From assembly GCA_964607765.1 (NCBI GenBank), contig CAZSNT010000033.1, positions 3,955 through 67,954 on the forward strand: a stretch of 64,000 bases of DNA, read 5' to 3'. Numbering within the stretch: the stretch's first letter is position 1; each line of letters starts with the position of its first letter. Of the stretch, positions 9,455 to 18,887 are shown one piece after another. The notes beneath the pieces were generated by a model. The model worked only from the letters and a program-made list of their open reading frames with translations. It had not been told where the DNA came from and made no database searches. Source of the stretch: an uncultured Victivallales bacterium. Its GTDB lineage: Bacteria; Verrucomicrobiota; Lentisphaeria; Oligosphaerales; JABHEG01. A program made the position numbers and the translations under genes.

Positions 9455-11515
9455 ATGGGAACGCATCACACAAGCAGAGCCCTGATACTGTCGCTCTCGC
9501 TGGCGGGAGGCCTGACGGCTTGCCGCGCGCGGCAGCGAACAGCAACTGTGGAACGCACGGGCGCACGAGAGGAACGCGGAACCGTGGGAACCGTCACTGT
9601 CACACCGCAGGAATTCACCGGTGCCATCAACAACCCGTTGAAGGGATTCCGAAGCTACCATGCCAACGGCTACGGATTGCTGCATCGTCAGTATGTGCCC
9701 TGGAACGCGGTCGAGGCGTGTGCCGGGGACACCGTTGAGCGGGTCATCGCATACACCAACAGAATCGCACAGCGACACGGCAAGGCATTCGGCGAACTGA
9801 ACGTCAAACTCGTGCCGCGTGTGTTCCTGGACTGGGACGGAACCCGGGGCACGGCCGAGCGCCCCAAACAACACTGGCCGGCCGACATGCACGAATTCGA
9901 CTATGACAGCCCCGAGTTCCACCAACGACTGGTCAGGCTGATAGAGAAACTCGGACAAGCATGGGACAACGACCCCCGCGTTTTCGCGATCCAGATGGGG
10001 CTGATCGGGTACTGGGGCGAGCATCACAACCCCGCGCCCACGCGTGCAGAGCGCCGCCTGCTGGTGGATGCGTTCCGCAAAGCGTTCAAGAGCAAACCGA
10101 TCCTTGTGCGACACACTGACAAGGAGTTCATGGAAGCTGGCTTCGGGATCTACTATGACACCTTCGCCAACGTCGGCCGCGAGCCGCATATGGCGGACAA
10201 GCACGCCCACATCAAGGGACAGTTCCCCTGGCAGGCGATGCACGTCTACCCGAGCATCTGGAAGCGGTCCCCGATCGAAGGGGAAGTGGAGTACAATTGG
10301 CAGAAGCAACGGCCGGATGCCGACCCTGAAGGCACGTTCGGGCGCACCCCCGACGAGACAATGACCGAGCCCGCCTACCGCCGGTACATGATCGACAAGA
10401 TCCGCAGATACCACGCGAGCTACCTCGGCTGGATCTCCGGCTACTCGTCCGACCAGCCCGAGGTCCTCGCCGGTGCGGCTGCGCTGCAGAAAGCGTTCGG
10501 GTACCGCTTCGTGATCGAGTCCTTCACCTACACGCCCACCGTCCAACCGGGGGAAGACGTACTTGTCGAATTCACCGTGCGGAACACGGGAAGCGCGCCT
10601 TTCTACCTGAACTGGCCCGTAGCCGTGGCACTCCTCGACCCGGCGACACGACAACCCGTATGGTTCGCCCCGCTGCCGGACGTGGATATCCGGACGTGGC
10701 TGCCCGGCGAGGGCTGGGATGGCGAGACCTTCTCTTACGCCACGGGTCCCAAGACCTGGACTGCGAAGGCAACTGTGACCACGCCGGAGGACACCAGCCC
10801 TGGCGAGTACATCATTGCGCTCGCGATCCTCGACCGTGGAGGGGGGATGGCGCCAAGCGTGCGCTTCGCCATCAGCAACTACTTCTCTGGCGGCTGGCAT
10901 CCATTCGGCTACCTCGGCGTTGGTGTGCCTCCACGCGGGACAACGGTCGACGGGGTGGCCTTCGACAGTCCGGCGTTCGACCGCTCCCTGAGCTACCGCG
11001 TACCGACAGAGATCCTTGCCGTCCAATCGCCACCCGTCCCACAGATCGAGAAGCCGGAGCGTTGGGCACCGAATCCCGCCGTGGAGCTCATCAATCCCTG
11101 GAGGTACTGGTGCCTGGTACGACGAACAGACACGGTGCAGAAGAAGATCCGCCACGACGGACCGGTCAGCGGCCCCGCCGGCCGCAAGGCGATCGTCGTG
11201 CGCGGAGATTACGGACGCGGCTCGAACCTGAACTACGCGTTCTTCGACAACGGAAGGCTGGAACCGGGGCCTTACCGCTTCTCATGTCGAGTCAGAGGCA
11301 CTGAAGGACAGACCGCCCGGTTCGATGTGGCCGACGGCTGGCGCAGCGTCGCTGCGGCCACCGACCTGGCCCTCACGTCTGCCTGGCTGCAGCACGTCGT
11401 CGACTTCGAGATCAAGGCGCCGTTCAAGAGCGTCACGCGCCTCCGCTTCCACCTGCAGAACGACGTCAGTGGCGAATTCGGCCTCACCGACTACCATCTC
11501 CTCCGCAGGAACTGA
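9455..11515 (+). CDS. Putative exported glycoside hydrolase-like protein (DUF4832-like core), possibly a lipoprotein
   Basis: ORF 9095..11515, trimmed to ATG 9455 (MGTHHTSRALILSLSLAGGLTAC, signal/lipobox-like). NPLKGFRSY... and RVFAIQMGLIGYWGEHHNP resemble the GxIGxWGEWH block I recall from DUF4832/DUF4874 proteins. The family call rests on memory only. Confidence 0.55.
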   Translation: MGTHHTSRALILSLSLAGGLTACRARQRTATVERTGAREERGTVGTVTVTPQEFTGAINNPLKGFRSYHANGYGLLHRQYVPWNAVEACAGDTVERVIAYTNRIAQRHGKAFGELNVKLVPRVFLDWDGTRGTAERPKQHWPADMHEFDYDSPEFHQRLVRLIEKLGQAWDNDPRVFAIQMGLIGYWGEHHNPAPTRAERRLLVDAFRKAFKSKPILVRHTDKEFMEAGFGIYYDTFANVGREPHMADKHAHIKGQFPWQAMHVYPSIWKRSPIEGEVEYNWQKQRPDADPEGTFGRTPDETMTEPAYRRYMIDKIRRYHASYLGWISGYSSDQPEVLAGAAALQKAFGYRFVIESFTYTPTVQPGEDVLVEFTVRNTGSAPFYLNWPVAVALLDPATRQPVWFAPLPDVDIRTWLPGEGWDGETFSYATGPKTWTAKATVTTPEDTSPGEYIIALAILDRGGGMAPSVRFAISNYFSGGWHPFGYLGVGVPPRGTTVDGVAFDSPAFDRSLSYRVPTEILAVQSPPVPQIEKPERWAPNPAVELINPWRYWCLVRRTDTVQKKIRHDGPVSGPAGRKAIVVRGDYGRGSNLNYAFFDNGRLEPGPYRFSCRVRGTEGQTARFDVADGWRSVAAATDLALTSAWLQHVVDFEIKAPFKSVTRLRFHLQNDVSGEFGLTDYHLLRRN

Positions 11516-11568
11516 GGTCCGGCAGCGCGGCTTCCCGTTCAACCCCGGCCCCGCACGGCGCCCCACCG

Positions 11569-12396
11569 TCACGCAGCGGCACGCCACGGCACGGCTGCCG
11601 CCTTGCGCAACGCCGTGCAGGTAGTGCGGATCCCGCACAAGCGCGACGCCCGCTCCACGACACGACGAATGGTCCGGGTCGACACCGGGCATGCGCGACG
11701 GGGTGATGGAAGCAGCCATGCGACCTCGGCCCGTTCATCTGCGGCAATTCCGAGCGGAATTGGCTCGGAGCTCTGCTTGTCGTCCGGGCGGGCGCGGTGC
11801 CCGTTCCGTCCGGCATGCAATGCCCCTTTCGGTGCGGCCACCATGCGCAATTGCCCCGGCCGGAGCTTGGTCTGGTTCAGCATGTCGATCACCAACCGGT
11901 CCCGCTCCCCCCTGCACGCCCCCCTCAGCAGACGCACCTCCTCCTCTGTGGCCGGCGCGCGTGGCGCCGGTCGCGGCGCGTGCTGTATCCCGACCGTGAT
12001 CCCCAGGCGGAGCAGTCGGTCAAAAACGGCACGCAGCGCACACAGATGCAGCCGCTGCGTGCCATATCCCAGGCCAGCCCTCCTCAGCTCTGCCAGATAC
12101 TCGACAACATCGTCGGCGGTCAACTCGCCCGGCTTCGGGCACCCGACACTCCGCAGGAAACGGGCAACGCAACTGACGTACTTGGCAGCAGTGCTCGCGG
12201 CATAACCCCTGTCGGTGAGAACATCCCGCAGCGTTCCCAGGTCTGATCCGGCATTCAGACCAACCCCATCGGGCTTCTCCCGGGCCATCCTGCGACGCTG
12301 TACGGTGTCCAGACACCACTCCATCACATCGAAGACCGATCGAGCCACCATCGCCGGCAGTCCCAGCCCCACGAAATCCCCGCCAGCGCCAACCAT
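11569..12396 (-). pseudogene. Tyrosine recombinase/integrase-like gene, C-terminally truncated and degenerate
   Basis: ATG 12396 lies 7 nt after AAGGAG. The N-terminal SAM-like core-binding region is present (YAASTAAKYVSCVARFLRSVG...DVVEYLAELRR...GTQRLHLCALRAVFD). A box I-like LRPGQLRMV and STRTIRRVVERASRLCGI are also present. The ORF then ends in TCTALRKAAAVPWRAAA, without the HxxR...GH...Y catalytic end. Confidence 0.6.
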
Positions 12397-12496
12397 CACC
12401 ACACTCCTTGCTTTTTTAGACTTCTCTTTATTAGTACGTTAACGCCGTGTCTCTCGTTGTCAAGCGCTCCCTATCGTTCCGCCCGCACCTGGTGCT

Positions 12497-12754
12497 GTTC
12501 TCCGGACAACAGCCCGGCCATCGCATCATCTGATGCCCGGATAGCGGGTGGAACCGTTCCCCTCGTCGTACTTGTTTTCCGGACGGCCGCGCAACGGTGA
12601 CGGGCAGCCCGCACCCAGAGGCGTGAGCGGATCGTATTTGCCGCCACACTCGTTTTCCGGACACGCGCAGTTCGTGAACCGTTGTCGGAGGCCGGTGCAG
12701 GACGTCCGGAAAACACGGAGTGGGCGGGTTGCCGGCGGGGTCTGTTTTCCGGAC
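12497..12754. repeat. Motif array: three direct copies at a 77-78 bp period followed by one inverted pair
   Basis: The direct copies are GTTCTCCGGAC 12497-12507 (one mismatch) and GTTTTCCGGAC 12574-12584 and 12652-12662. They are followed by GTCCGGAAAAC 12704-12714 paired with GTTTTCCGGAC 12744-12754 (29-nt spacer). The array sits in a 668-bp divergent gap next to the truncated recombinase. Confidence 0.85.
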
Positions 12755-12831
12755 ACGCGGGTGGGTTGGCCGAGGAGAGTGTGCTGCGGGGGCAGGGAGG
12801 GGAGGAGCGCGGGGGCAAGGTGTGTGTCGCG

Positions 12832-12850
12832 GCAGGGCGCAGCGCCCTGC
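12832..12850. repeat. Perfect 19-bp GC-rich palindrome GCAGGGCGC-A-GCGCCCTGC
   Basis: 9-bp arms with a single central base, followed by TTCCTTGTG. It lies about 215 bp upstream of the start at 13065. Confidence 0.6.
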
Positions 12851-13064
12851 TTCCTTGTGCGCAACCCGCGCAGCCGCTATGCTATTGGCAGGACGGCGGC
12901 GGGCAGCGGCTGGCTCGACATGGGTGTTGCCAGGCGTTCTTGCCGCCGGTTCTCCGGGCGCCGGCAGCAGCTCTGAGACGGCACGGAGACCTGTCGGCCG
13001 AAGGCCCCCCGGAGTACCTGCCGGTCACACGCCGCGTCAGAAGCAACACTGGAGGTGTGGTTCC

Positions 13065-16007
13065 ATGCGCATGCCACTGAGCGGGTCAGCGATCGTGCTG
13101 GCCGTATTCCCCGTCCTTGTCGCAGCCGAGACGACGAAGCCGCGGAACCTGGCTCGGGAGGCCACGATCACGGCGACGTCGGAGTACAACGATCAGTACG
13201 CGGCGCGGTTCGTTGCGGACGGCATCATCCCGGACGCAGGGAAGCGCAACAGCGTCGGCAAAGAATGGGCCGTGAAGGGCTCTACGCACAAGTCCGGGGC
13301 TGATCTGACCATGCAATGGCAGGAGCCGGTTCAGATCGCCCAGATTGTCTACTACGGCCGCAGTTCGTTTGCCGTGGAGGCATGGCGCGAGTGTGAGGTG
13401 TACCTGGATGGCGCCGACGCGCCGTCCACCAAAGCGAGCCTCAAACCCGGCCATGGTCCGCAGCGAGTGACACTCGAGCGCCCTGCGACGGCCGCCAAGC
13501 TGCGCCTCAAGTTCATCGGGCACCACAGTTGTGTCAATCCGGGTGCCGCCGAGATCGAGGTCTGTGCCGAGCCGCCGGCCGACACGGCGTTGGGCAAATT
13601 CCTGCCCATGCCACCCATGCACGGCGCCCACGGCGAACCGCCGGTTGTTGTCCCGGCCATCAAGGAGTCGCCGGAACTGGCTGAGAAGCTCCGCTCAGGC
13701 AAGCTGGGGTTTTCACGGTTGCTCCTGGTCCAGCGCCATGCCTATCGTATCAGCCATGTTTACGTGTACCACGTGGAGTGTTTCAAGCCCGGCGGCGGCA
13801 TCTACATCTTCACCCCGGACGAGAATGGGGGAAAGAAGGAGAGGATCTTTGATGCCGGTCAAGGCGAGGTCATGGACTGTGCCCTCTCCTACGACGGCAC
13901 GGAGATCCTGTTCAGCTACAAGAAGCGCCACATTGGCGGCCTGAACCATATGATCACGGAAACGGATGGGCACTACCAGGTATACCGGATGAGTCTGGTC
14001 GACCGGCAACCCGTACTGCTGACCAGCCACTACTCCAACAACTTCAACCCTTGCTGGCTGCCGGACGGCCGAATCGCATTCCTTTCCGATCGGAAGCTCT
14101 CGTTCGCTTACTGTTTCACCAGTTCGTCGCCTCTGCTCTACCGGATGGACCGGGACGGCTCCAACGTCTTCAAGCTCTCGCACGGCTACCTGAACGACTT
14201 CACCCCAAGCGTACTTAACAACGGCAAAATCATCTACAGTCGCTGGGAATATGTAGACCGCCCGGCCTGCCCTATCCAAAGCCTATGGACACTCAATCCG
14301 GACGGCACGCGGTCCGAGGGTTTTTTCGGCAACCGTGTGTTGGAGCCCGGCACGTTCATGGAGGCCCGCGCCATTGGCAGCACAGGCAAAGTGCTTTGCG
14401 TAATGACGGGGCACAACGGCTGCTGTCGCGGCGCTCTCGGGATCATCGATCCGTCCAAGGGCGCCAACGCCCAGGAAGGCATCACCAATATCACCCCGGA
14501 GATCCACGTTCCGCCCGTGACCGGCAGGCCCGGACTGAAAGGGAACGCGTTGGTGAACCGCGGCCCGTATGAGAACCCCTTCCCGGTGGACGAGACGTAT
14601 TTCCTTGTGTCGAAGCTCGGCACGATAGTCCTGCGCGACTATGCGCGGACAGAGTGTGCGGTTGTGGCGCGCCCGGAAGGCAAGATGGGCTTCTACTCGC
14701 CCATCCCGATCCGAGAGGCCGAGCCGCCCCCGGTCATTCCGTCGACGTTGCCGGAAGGCGAGCAGGAGCCGTGGGGCACGGTGCTGATGCAGGACGTCTA
14801 CAATGGCCTGACACCGGATGTGGAGCGCGGCGAGATCAAGCAGATCGCGGTTGTCGAAGAAGTGGAGAAAGGGGACTACGCCCCACACAAAGGGATTTTC
14901 GGTTTCCAGTTCCCGCTGGTGTCCTGTGGCGCCACGTACGCTGCCAAGAAGCTGTGGGGTTACGCCACGGTCGAGGAAGACGGTTCGGCTCACTTCAAAG
15001 TCCCATCAGAAATCCCCATCTACTTCCTGGCCCTCGACAGGGAGGGACGCGCCGTGCAGAGGATGCGCACGCTGACGCACTTCCAGCGCGGCGAGGAACA
15101 AAGCTGCATCGGCTGTCACGCCGAGCGCAATTACGCAACCCCAACCGAACGAAACACGCGTTCCGTTGCCGCGCGCCGCCCTCCGCAGGAGCTCGTTCCC
15201 CCGGAGTGGGGACGACGCAAGTTCGATTATTCCTCGATCGTGCAGCCGGTGTGGGACAAATACTGCATTTCGTGCCACAACCCGCGCAGTCAGACGAAAG
15301 GCATCGACCTGACTGGCGACAAGACAGACTTTTGGTGTGTCTCGTACGAGTACCTCGCGAGGAAGGGAACACACGGCGAGAGGAACCCGTTCCAGCACGG
15401 TGTGCGCTCTCTCGCCGATGTTGGACAGAACCCCTACGTGAAGTGGATCTCAACCATCAACGGGGCGGGTGAGAACATCCTGATGATCAAGCCCCGCACC
15501 TGGGGCGCATACCCGAGCAGGCTCACGAAAGTGATCATGACGGGACACCCTGACCGCTCGAGACGGAAGCGCTTCAACATGGACGCGACCTCAATGCGTC
15601 GGGTGTTCGCCTGGATGGACCTCAATGTGCCTTACTACAAAGACTCGAAGACCAACCACCCGAGTCAGCGCGGCAGCAGGATGATGCGACCACAAGATCT
15701 GGATAAGGTGCTTGAGGATGTACGCAAACGGCGCTGCGCGGAGTGCCACGAGAAGACGCCGCGCAAGTTCTACACGCGCATCACGAACATCGAAGAGAAC
15801 CAATTCCTCTCCGCGCCGTTAGCCACCTCGGCAGGCGGAACGCAGCGATGCGGAACGGCCGTTTTCCGGACAAAGGACGATCCCGACTACCAGGCCATTC
15901 TGAAGACGTTCGAGCCCATTACGAAACTGATGGCGACCCGCCCCCGCCTCGACTTCCCTGACGCCGTTTACGTCCCGCACAGCCAGGCTTGCCCTGTCCG
16001 GTACTGA
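13065..16007 (+). CDS. Exported multidomain protein: F5/8 type C-like domain, TolB/PD40-like beta-propeller region and a C-terminal region with three CxxCH motifs
   Basis: ORF 12720..16007, trimmed to ATG 13065, 8 nt after GGAGGT (MRMPLSGSAIVLAVFPVLVAAE signal). The N-terminus has ...FVADGIIPD...VQIAQIVYYGR...LRLKF. The middle has repeated ...LSYDGTEILFSY..., ...WLPDGRIAFLSDR... and ...LNNGKIIYSRWEY... strands. CIGCH is at 15105-15119, CISCH at 15264-15278 and CAECH at 15735-15749. The second (VQPVWDKYCISCHNP...KGIDLTGD) resembles the planctomycete cytochrome-c-like (PSCyt) domain. Confidence 0.7.
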   Translation: MRMPLSGSAIVLAVFPVLVAAETTKPRNLAREATITATSEYNDQYAARFVADGIIPDAGKRNSVGKEWAVKGSTHKSGADLTMQWQEPVQIAQIVYYGRSSFAVEAWRECEVYLDGADAPSTKASLKPGHGPQRVTLERPATAAKLRLKFIGHHSCVNPGAAEIEVCAEPPADTALGKFLPMPPMHGAHGEPPVVVPAIKESPELAEKLRSGKLGFSRLLLVQRHAYRISHVYVYHVECFKPGGGIYIFTPDENGGKKERIFDAGQGEVMDCALSYDGTEILFSYKKRHIGGLNHMITETDGHYQVYRMSLVDRQPVLLTSHYSNNFNPCWLPDGRIAFLSDRKLSFAYCFTSSSPLLYRMDRDGSNVFKLSHGYLNDFTPSVLNNGKIIYSRWEYVDRPACPIQSLWTLNPDGTRSEGFFGNRVLEPGTFMEARAIGSTGKVLCVMTGHNGCCRGALGIIDPSKGANAQEGITNITPEIHVPPVTGRPGLKGNALVNRGPYENPFPVDETYFLVSKLGTIVLRDYARTECAVVARPEGKMGFYSPIPIREAEPPPVIPSTLPEGEQEPWGTVLMQDVYNGLTPDVERGEIKQIAVVEEVEKGDYAPHKGIFGFQFPLVSCGATYAAKKLWGYATVEEDGSAHFKVPSEIPIYFLALDREGRAVQRMRTLTHFQRGEEQSCIGCHAERNYATPTERNTRSVAARRPPQELVPPEWGRRKFDYSSIVQPVWDKYCISCHNPRSQTKGIDLTGDKTDFWCVSYEYLARKGTHGERNPFQHGVRSLADVGQNPYVKWISTINGAGENILMIKPRTWGAYPSRLTKVIMTGHPDRSRRKRFNMDATSMRRVFAWMDLNVPYYKDSKTNHPSQRGSRMMRPQDLDKVLEDVRKRRCAECHEKTPRKFYTRITNIEENQFLSAPLATSAGGTQRCGTAVFRTKDDPDYQAILKTFEPITKLMATRPRLDFPDAVYVPHSQACPVRY

Positions 16008-16021
16008 TCCGGAGGCGCAGC

Positions 16022-16376
16022 CATTGGTCGTTGCGCTGCACGCGTCATTGGTCACTGGTCATTGGCGGGGTCGCGGCGAAGTCAAGCAGCAGGTGAGCCG
16101 GAAAACGTGTCTGCAGCAGGTGGGCCGGCATGCGCGGAGGGGGCTGAGATCGCACCAATGTTCTCGTTCCCACGACTACGTGTTTTCCGGACATCCCAGG
16201 CACGAACGGGGCAGTCTATTGGGATAGCTTCGCGGCGACGGCCAATGACCGAAAACAGATGACTCCGCCGCGGTGTTTTCCGGACGTTCCAGGCGAGAAC
16301 GAGGCAGGCTGACTGACTGGCGGCGCGAGGGCGACCAATGACCGAGGAGCGGCGCCCACCCTGGTGTTTTCCGGAC
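16022..16376. repeat. Composite repeat region: three ~90-bp tandem units each ending in GTGTTTTCCGGAC, plus long-range inverted CATTGGTC / GACCAATG boxes
   Basis: GTTTTCCGGAC occurs at 16182-16192, 16275-16285 and 16366-16376, at spacings of 93 and 91 bp. Each is preceded by a CCAATG box (16155, 16241, 16333). Decayed left arms are GAGCCGGAAAAC at 16096 and GACCGAAAAC at 16247. Upstream, CATTGGTC is at 16022 and 16046 and GGTCATTGGC at 16057-16066. GGTCATTGGC is the exact reverse complement of GCCAATGACC 16241-16250, and GTCATTGGTC 16044-16053 is that of GACCAATGAC 16333-16342. The region lies in a convergent gap. Confidence 0.85.
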
Positions 16377-16422
16377 AAGACCAAACCGAGCCGCCGTTCC
16401 CCCGCGGCGCGCCCCCCGGGTC

Positions 16423-17352
16423 TCAGACCGAACCGTCTCCCAAGCGGCGGCATATTTCCGCAGCCAGTGTCCCGGCACGACGGCAGTAGTGGGCGTCGCC
16501 GAACAGCCAGACGTGGATCATCATGGTGTTCAGCCAATAATACAGCCGTCGGAACTCGAATCCGGGCCGCAGCCCGCTTCCCGCTGTATAGACCTTGGCG
16601 AACGTCGGGCCCACGGTACGGAAGCACTGCAGGTACGCCAGTTCGTGCTCAACGTCAGCATACTGCGCGCCCGGATCGATGAAGCCCGTCACTTGCCAGG
16701 AGCCGTTGCAGCGCGCGACCATAATGTTACCCGCCCACAGATCGCCATGGATCAGCGTTGGCCTGCCCTGGTCCCGAAACACGGTGGGCGCCGCTTCGAC
16801 CGCTCTGTCGATATCCACGAGCGCAGACGCGGGGAGCCGTCCCTGCACCTCGCCGCGCATGTCCTGCAGACGCGGCACGGCGATCGCCGCCCAGGTGTCT
16901 GTTCCCGGCCCATCCCCGATCGGGCCGAACGTGGCCCGGGTATGCGTGTGCAGTTCCAGCAGCGTCTCAGCCAGCTGCTCGTCAATGCGTCGTTGCGCCT
17001 CATCCTCAAGCATGACAGATGTCAGCGGCGTGCCCGGAAGACACTCCAGCAGCAGGGATCGGCAAGGGACGACGTCGTCCGGGTCGCCGATGGCATAGAC
17101 GGCCGGACAGCGCATCCGGCTGTGCTCACGCAGGTAGTCCAGGCGTCGTTCTTCACCGCGGAAATCGCCGTCGGGATTCATCTTCACCACGGCCCGGTAA
17201 GGTGCGTGGTCGAACTCCAGGCGAAGCACTGAGTTGATCATCCCGCCGCTCAGCCGAGCAACACGCTCGCACTGCACAGGCACGCCCAGCCAACGTTCGA
17301 GAAGGTGTTCCGCCTGTTCCGAGCTGATTGCAAGTCCGGTTGACAACATCAT
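16423..17352 (-). CDS. Fructosamine/ketosamine-3-kinase family protein (APH-like kinase fold)
   Basis: 309-aa ORF. It contains LIHGDLWAGNIMV (the HxDxxxxN catalytic loop) and FIDPGAQYADVEHELAYL, typical of the fructosamine kinase family. Confidence 0.8.
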   Translation of the reverse strand: MMLSTGLAISSEQAEHLLERWLGVPVQCERVARLSGGMINSVLRLEFDHAPYRAVVKMNPDGDFRGEERRLDYLREHSRMRCPAVYAIGDPDDVVPCRSLLLECLPGTPLTSVMLEDEAQRRIDEQLAETLLELHTHTRATFGPIGDGPGTDTWAAIAVPRLQDMRGEVQGRLPASALVDIDRAVEAAPTVFRDQGRPTLIHGDLWAGNIMVARCNGSWQVTGFIDPGAQYADVEHELAYLQCFRTVGPTFAKVYTAGSGLRPGFEFRRLYYWLNTMMIHVWLFGDAHYCRRAGTLAAEICRRLGDGSV

Positions 17353-17769
17353 GTTATGAGTTCGACGGTCTCTGTTTGCTGCGTCCGATCAGGTGTACCC
17401 TAGTCACCCGGGAATGCTCCTGCAATGCTCGAATCCTGATTGGTGGAACAACGGGCAACGTAATCCATTTCGTTGTCAGCATGCCATGGCAGCGAACTTC
17501 GACACACAGACTGCCACGCCTACAGCACCGGACTCTCAAGAGAAGAGACTGAGAAATGGACCTGCATTCTGCTGCTCACAAACTACTAACAACACACTAG
17601 GTTGCTGAATGCCGGCCGTTGGCCGCTTCGAATCCCACACAGAAAGACGGTGATATTGCCCTGCTTGCGGCAAAAACGTAATCGTTTACTGTTCACGACT
17701 TGAACGTCGTGCAGACAGCGGTATTCTCTACAAACGAAACACTGAATCCGGACCGGACAGGAGAAGACG

Positions 17770-18765
17770 ATGACTGCGAATGACTGTGCACCCGCACTGC
17801 CCGGCCTGGGGACAGGGCCCGGCAACGGACTGGAGGTGATCACACACTGCAGTGACGGACGCTTCACGGCAGGCAAAGGCGGCGTGCAGGTGGTCCTGCG
17901 CACGGCTGATCGGAAGGTCGAGTTTGTTGGTTTTGAGGACCACTCGCTGGCCTACGTCAACTCCGCGATGGGATACCCGGCCTATTACCCGCTGCATCCG
18001 GTGGCGGTCCGCAAGCCGATCAAAGCCGTATTGATGGATCTGGACGGTACCAGCGTGCACAGCGAAGCGTTTTGGATCTGGATCATCGAGCAGACGACCG
18101 CGTCGCTCCTCGGGGATCCCGGGTTCGAACTGGAACACGCCGACCTGCCCCACGTTTCCGGGCACAGTGTCTCGGAACATCTTCAGTACTGCATCGACAA
18201 GTATTGCCCCGCGAAGACGGTTGAGGAAGCGCGCACGTTCTACTTCGAACACACGCACCGCGAAATGGCCGAGATCATGGCCGGGCGAGGCAAGACGGAC
18301 GCATTCACTCCCGCGCCGGGCCTGAAGCCATTCCTGCTTTCGTTGAAGGACGCCGGGATCAAGATAGGCTTGGTCACATCCGGGCTCTACGAGAAGGCCT
18401 GGCCCGAGATCCTGTCGGCGTTCCGGCAGCTCGACCTGGGCGATCCCCTCGAGTTCTACGACGCGGTCATTACCGCCGGCTTCCCCATGCGGCAAGGTGT
18501 TGAGGCGGGGACTCTCGGCGAGCTGTCACCCAAGCCGCACCCTTGGCTCTATGCCGAGGTGTGTCGGGTCGGGCTCGGGATCCCGTTCGAGGAGCGCCAC
18601 CACGTGGTGGGCCTGGAAGACAGCGGCGCGGGGGTCTGCTCCATCCGTCTGGCAGGCTTCGCGGCCATCGGCGTATCAGGCGGAAACATCGAACAGAGCG
18701 GGACACGGCCGTTGTGCAGCCACTGGTGTGAGTCGTTCGAGGAAGTAGCCAGTGTTGTTTTATAG
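17770..18765 (+). CDS. HAD-superfamily hydrolase (phosphatase-like) with a ~85-aa N-terminal extension
   Basis: ATG 17770 follows GGAGAAG. HAD motif I is VLMDLDGTSVHSE (DxDGT) and the late motif is GLEDSGAGVCSIRLAGF. Confidence 0.75.
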   Translation: MTANDCAPALPGLGTGPGNGLEVITHCSDGRFTAGKGGVQVVLRTADRKVEFVGFEDHSLAYVNSAMGYPAYYPLHPVAVRKPIKAVLMDLDGTSVHSEAFWIWIIEQTTASLLGDPGFELEHADLPHVSGHSVSEHLQYCIDKYCPAKTVEEARTFYFEHTHREMAEIMAGRGKTDAFTPAPGLKPFLLSLKDAGIKIGLVTSGLYEKAWPEILSAFRQLDLGDPLEFYDAVITAGFPMRQGVEAGTLGELSPKPHPWLYAEVCRVGLGIPFEERHHVVGLEDSGAGVCSIRLAGFAAIGVSGGNIEQSGTRPLCSHWCESFEEVASVVL

Positions 18766-18887
18766 CGACGGTTCCGGTCGACGGCGACCGACTGCGGTCG
18801 ATACCTGTCGGTTCCTTTCGGGGCCTGTCACGTCCCGTCACTGACACGAGCACCAGAGACCAAGGCCAGCTTCGAGGAGGACATATC

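Noticed and set aside
17600-17640. tRNA suggested by the T-loop-like string CTTCGAATCCC
   Set aside because: The flanking bases cannot form a T-stem on either strand, and no acceptor, D or anticodon arms could be drawn. I saw no other tRNA-like string in the window.
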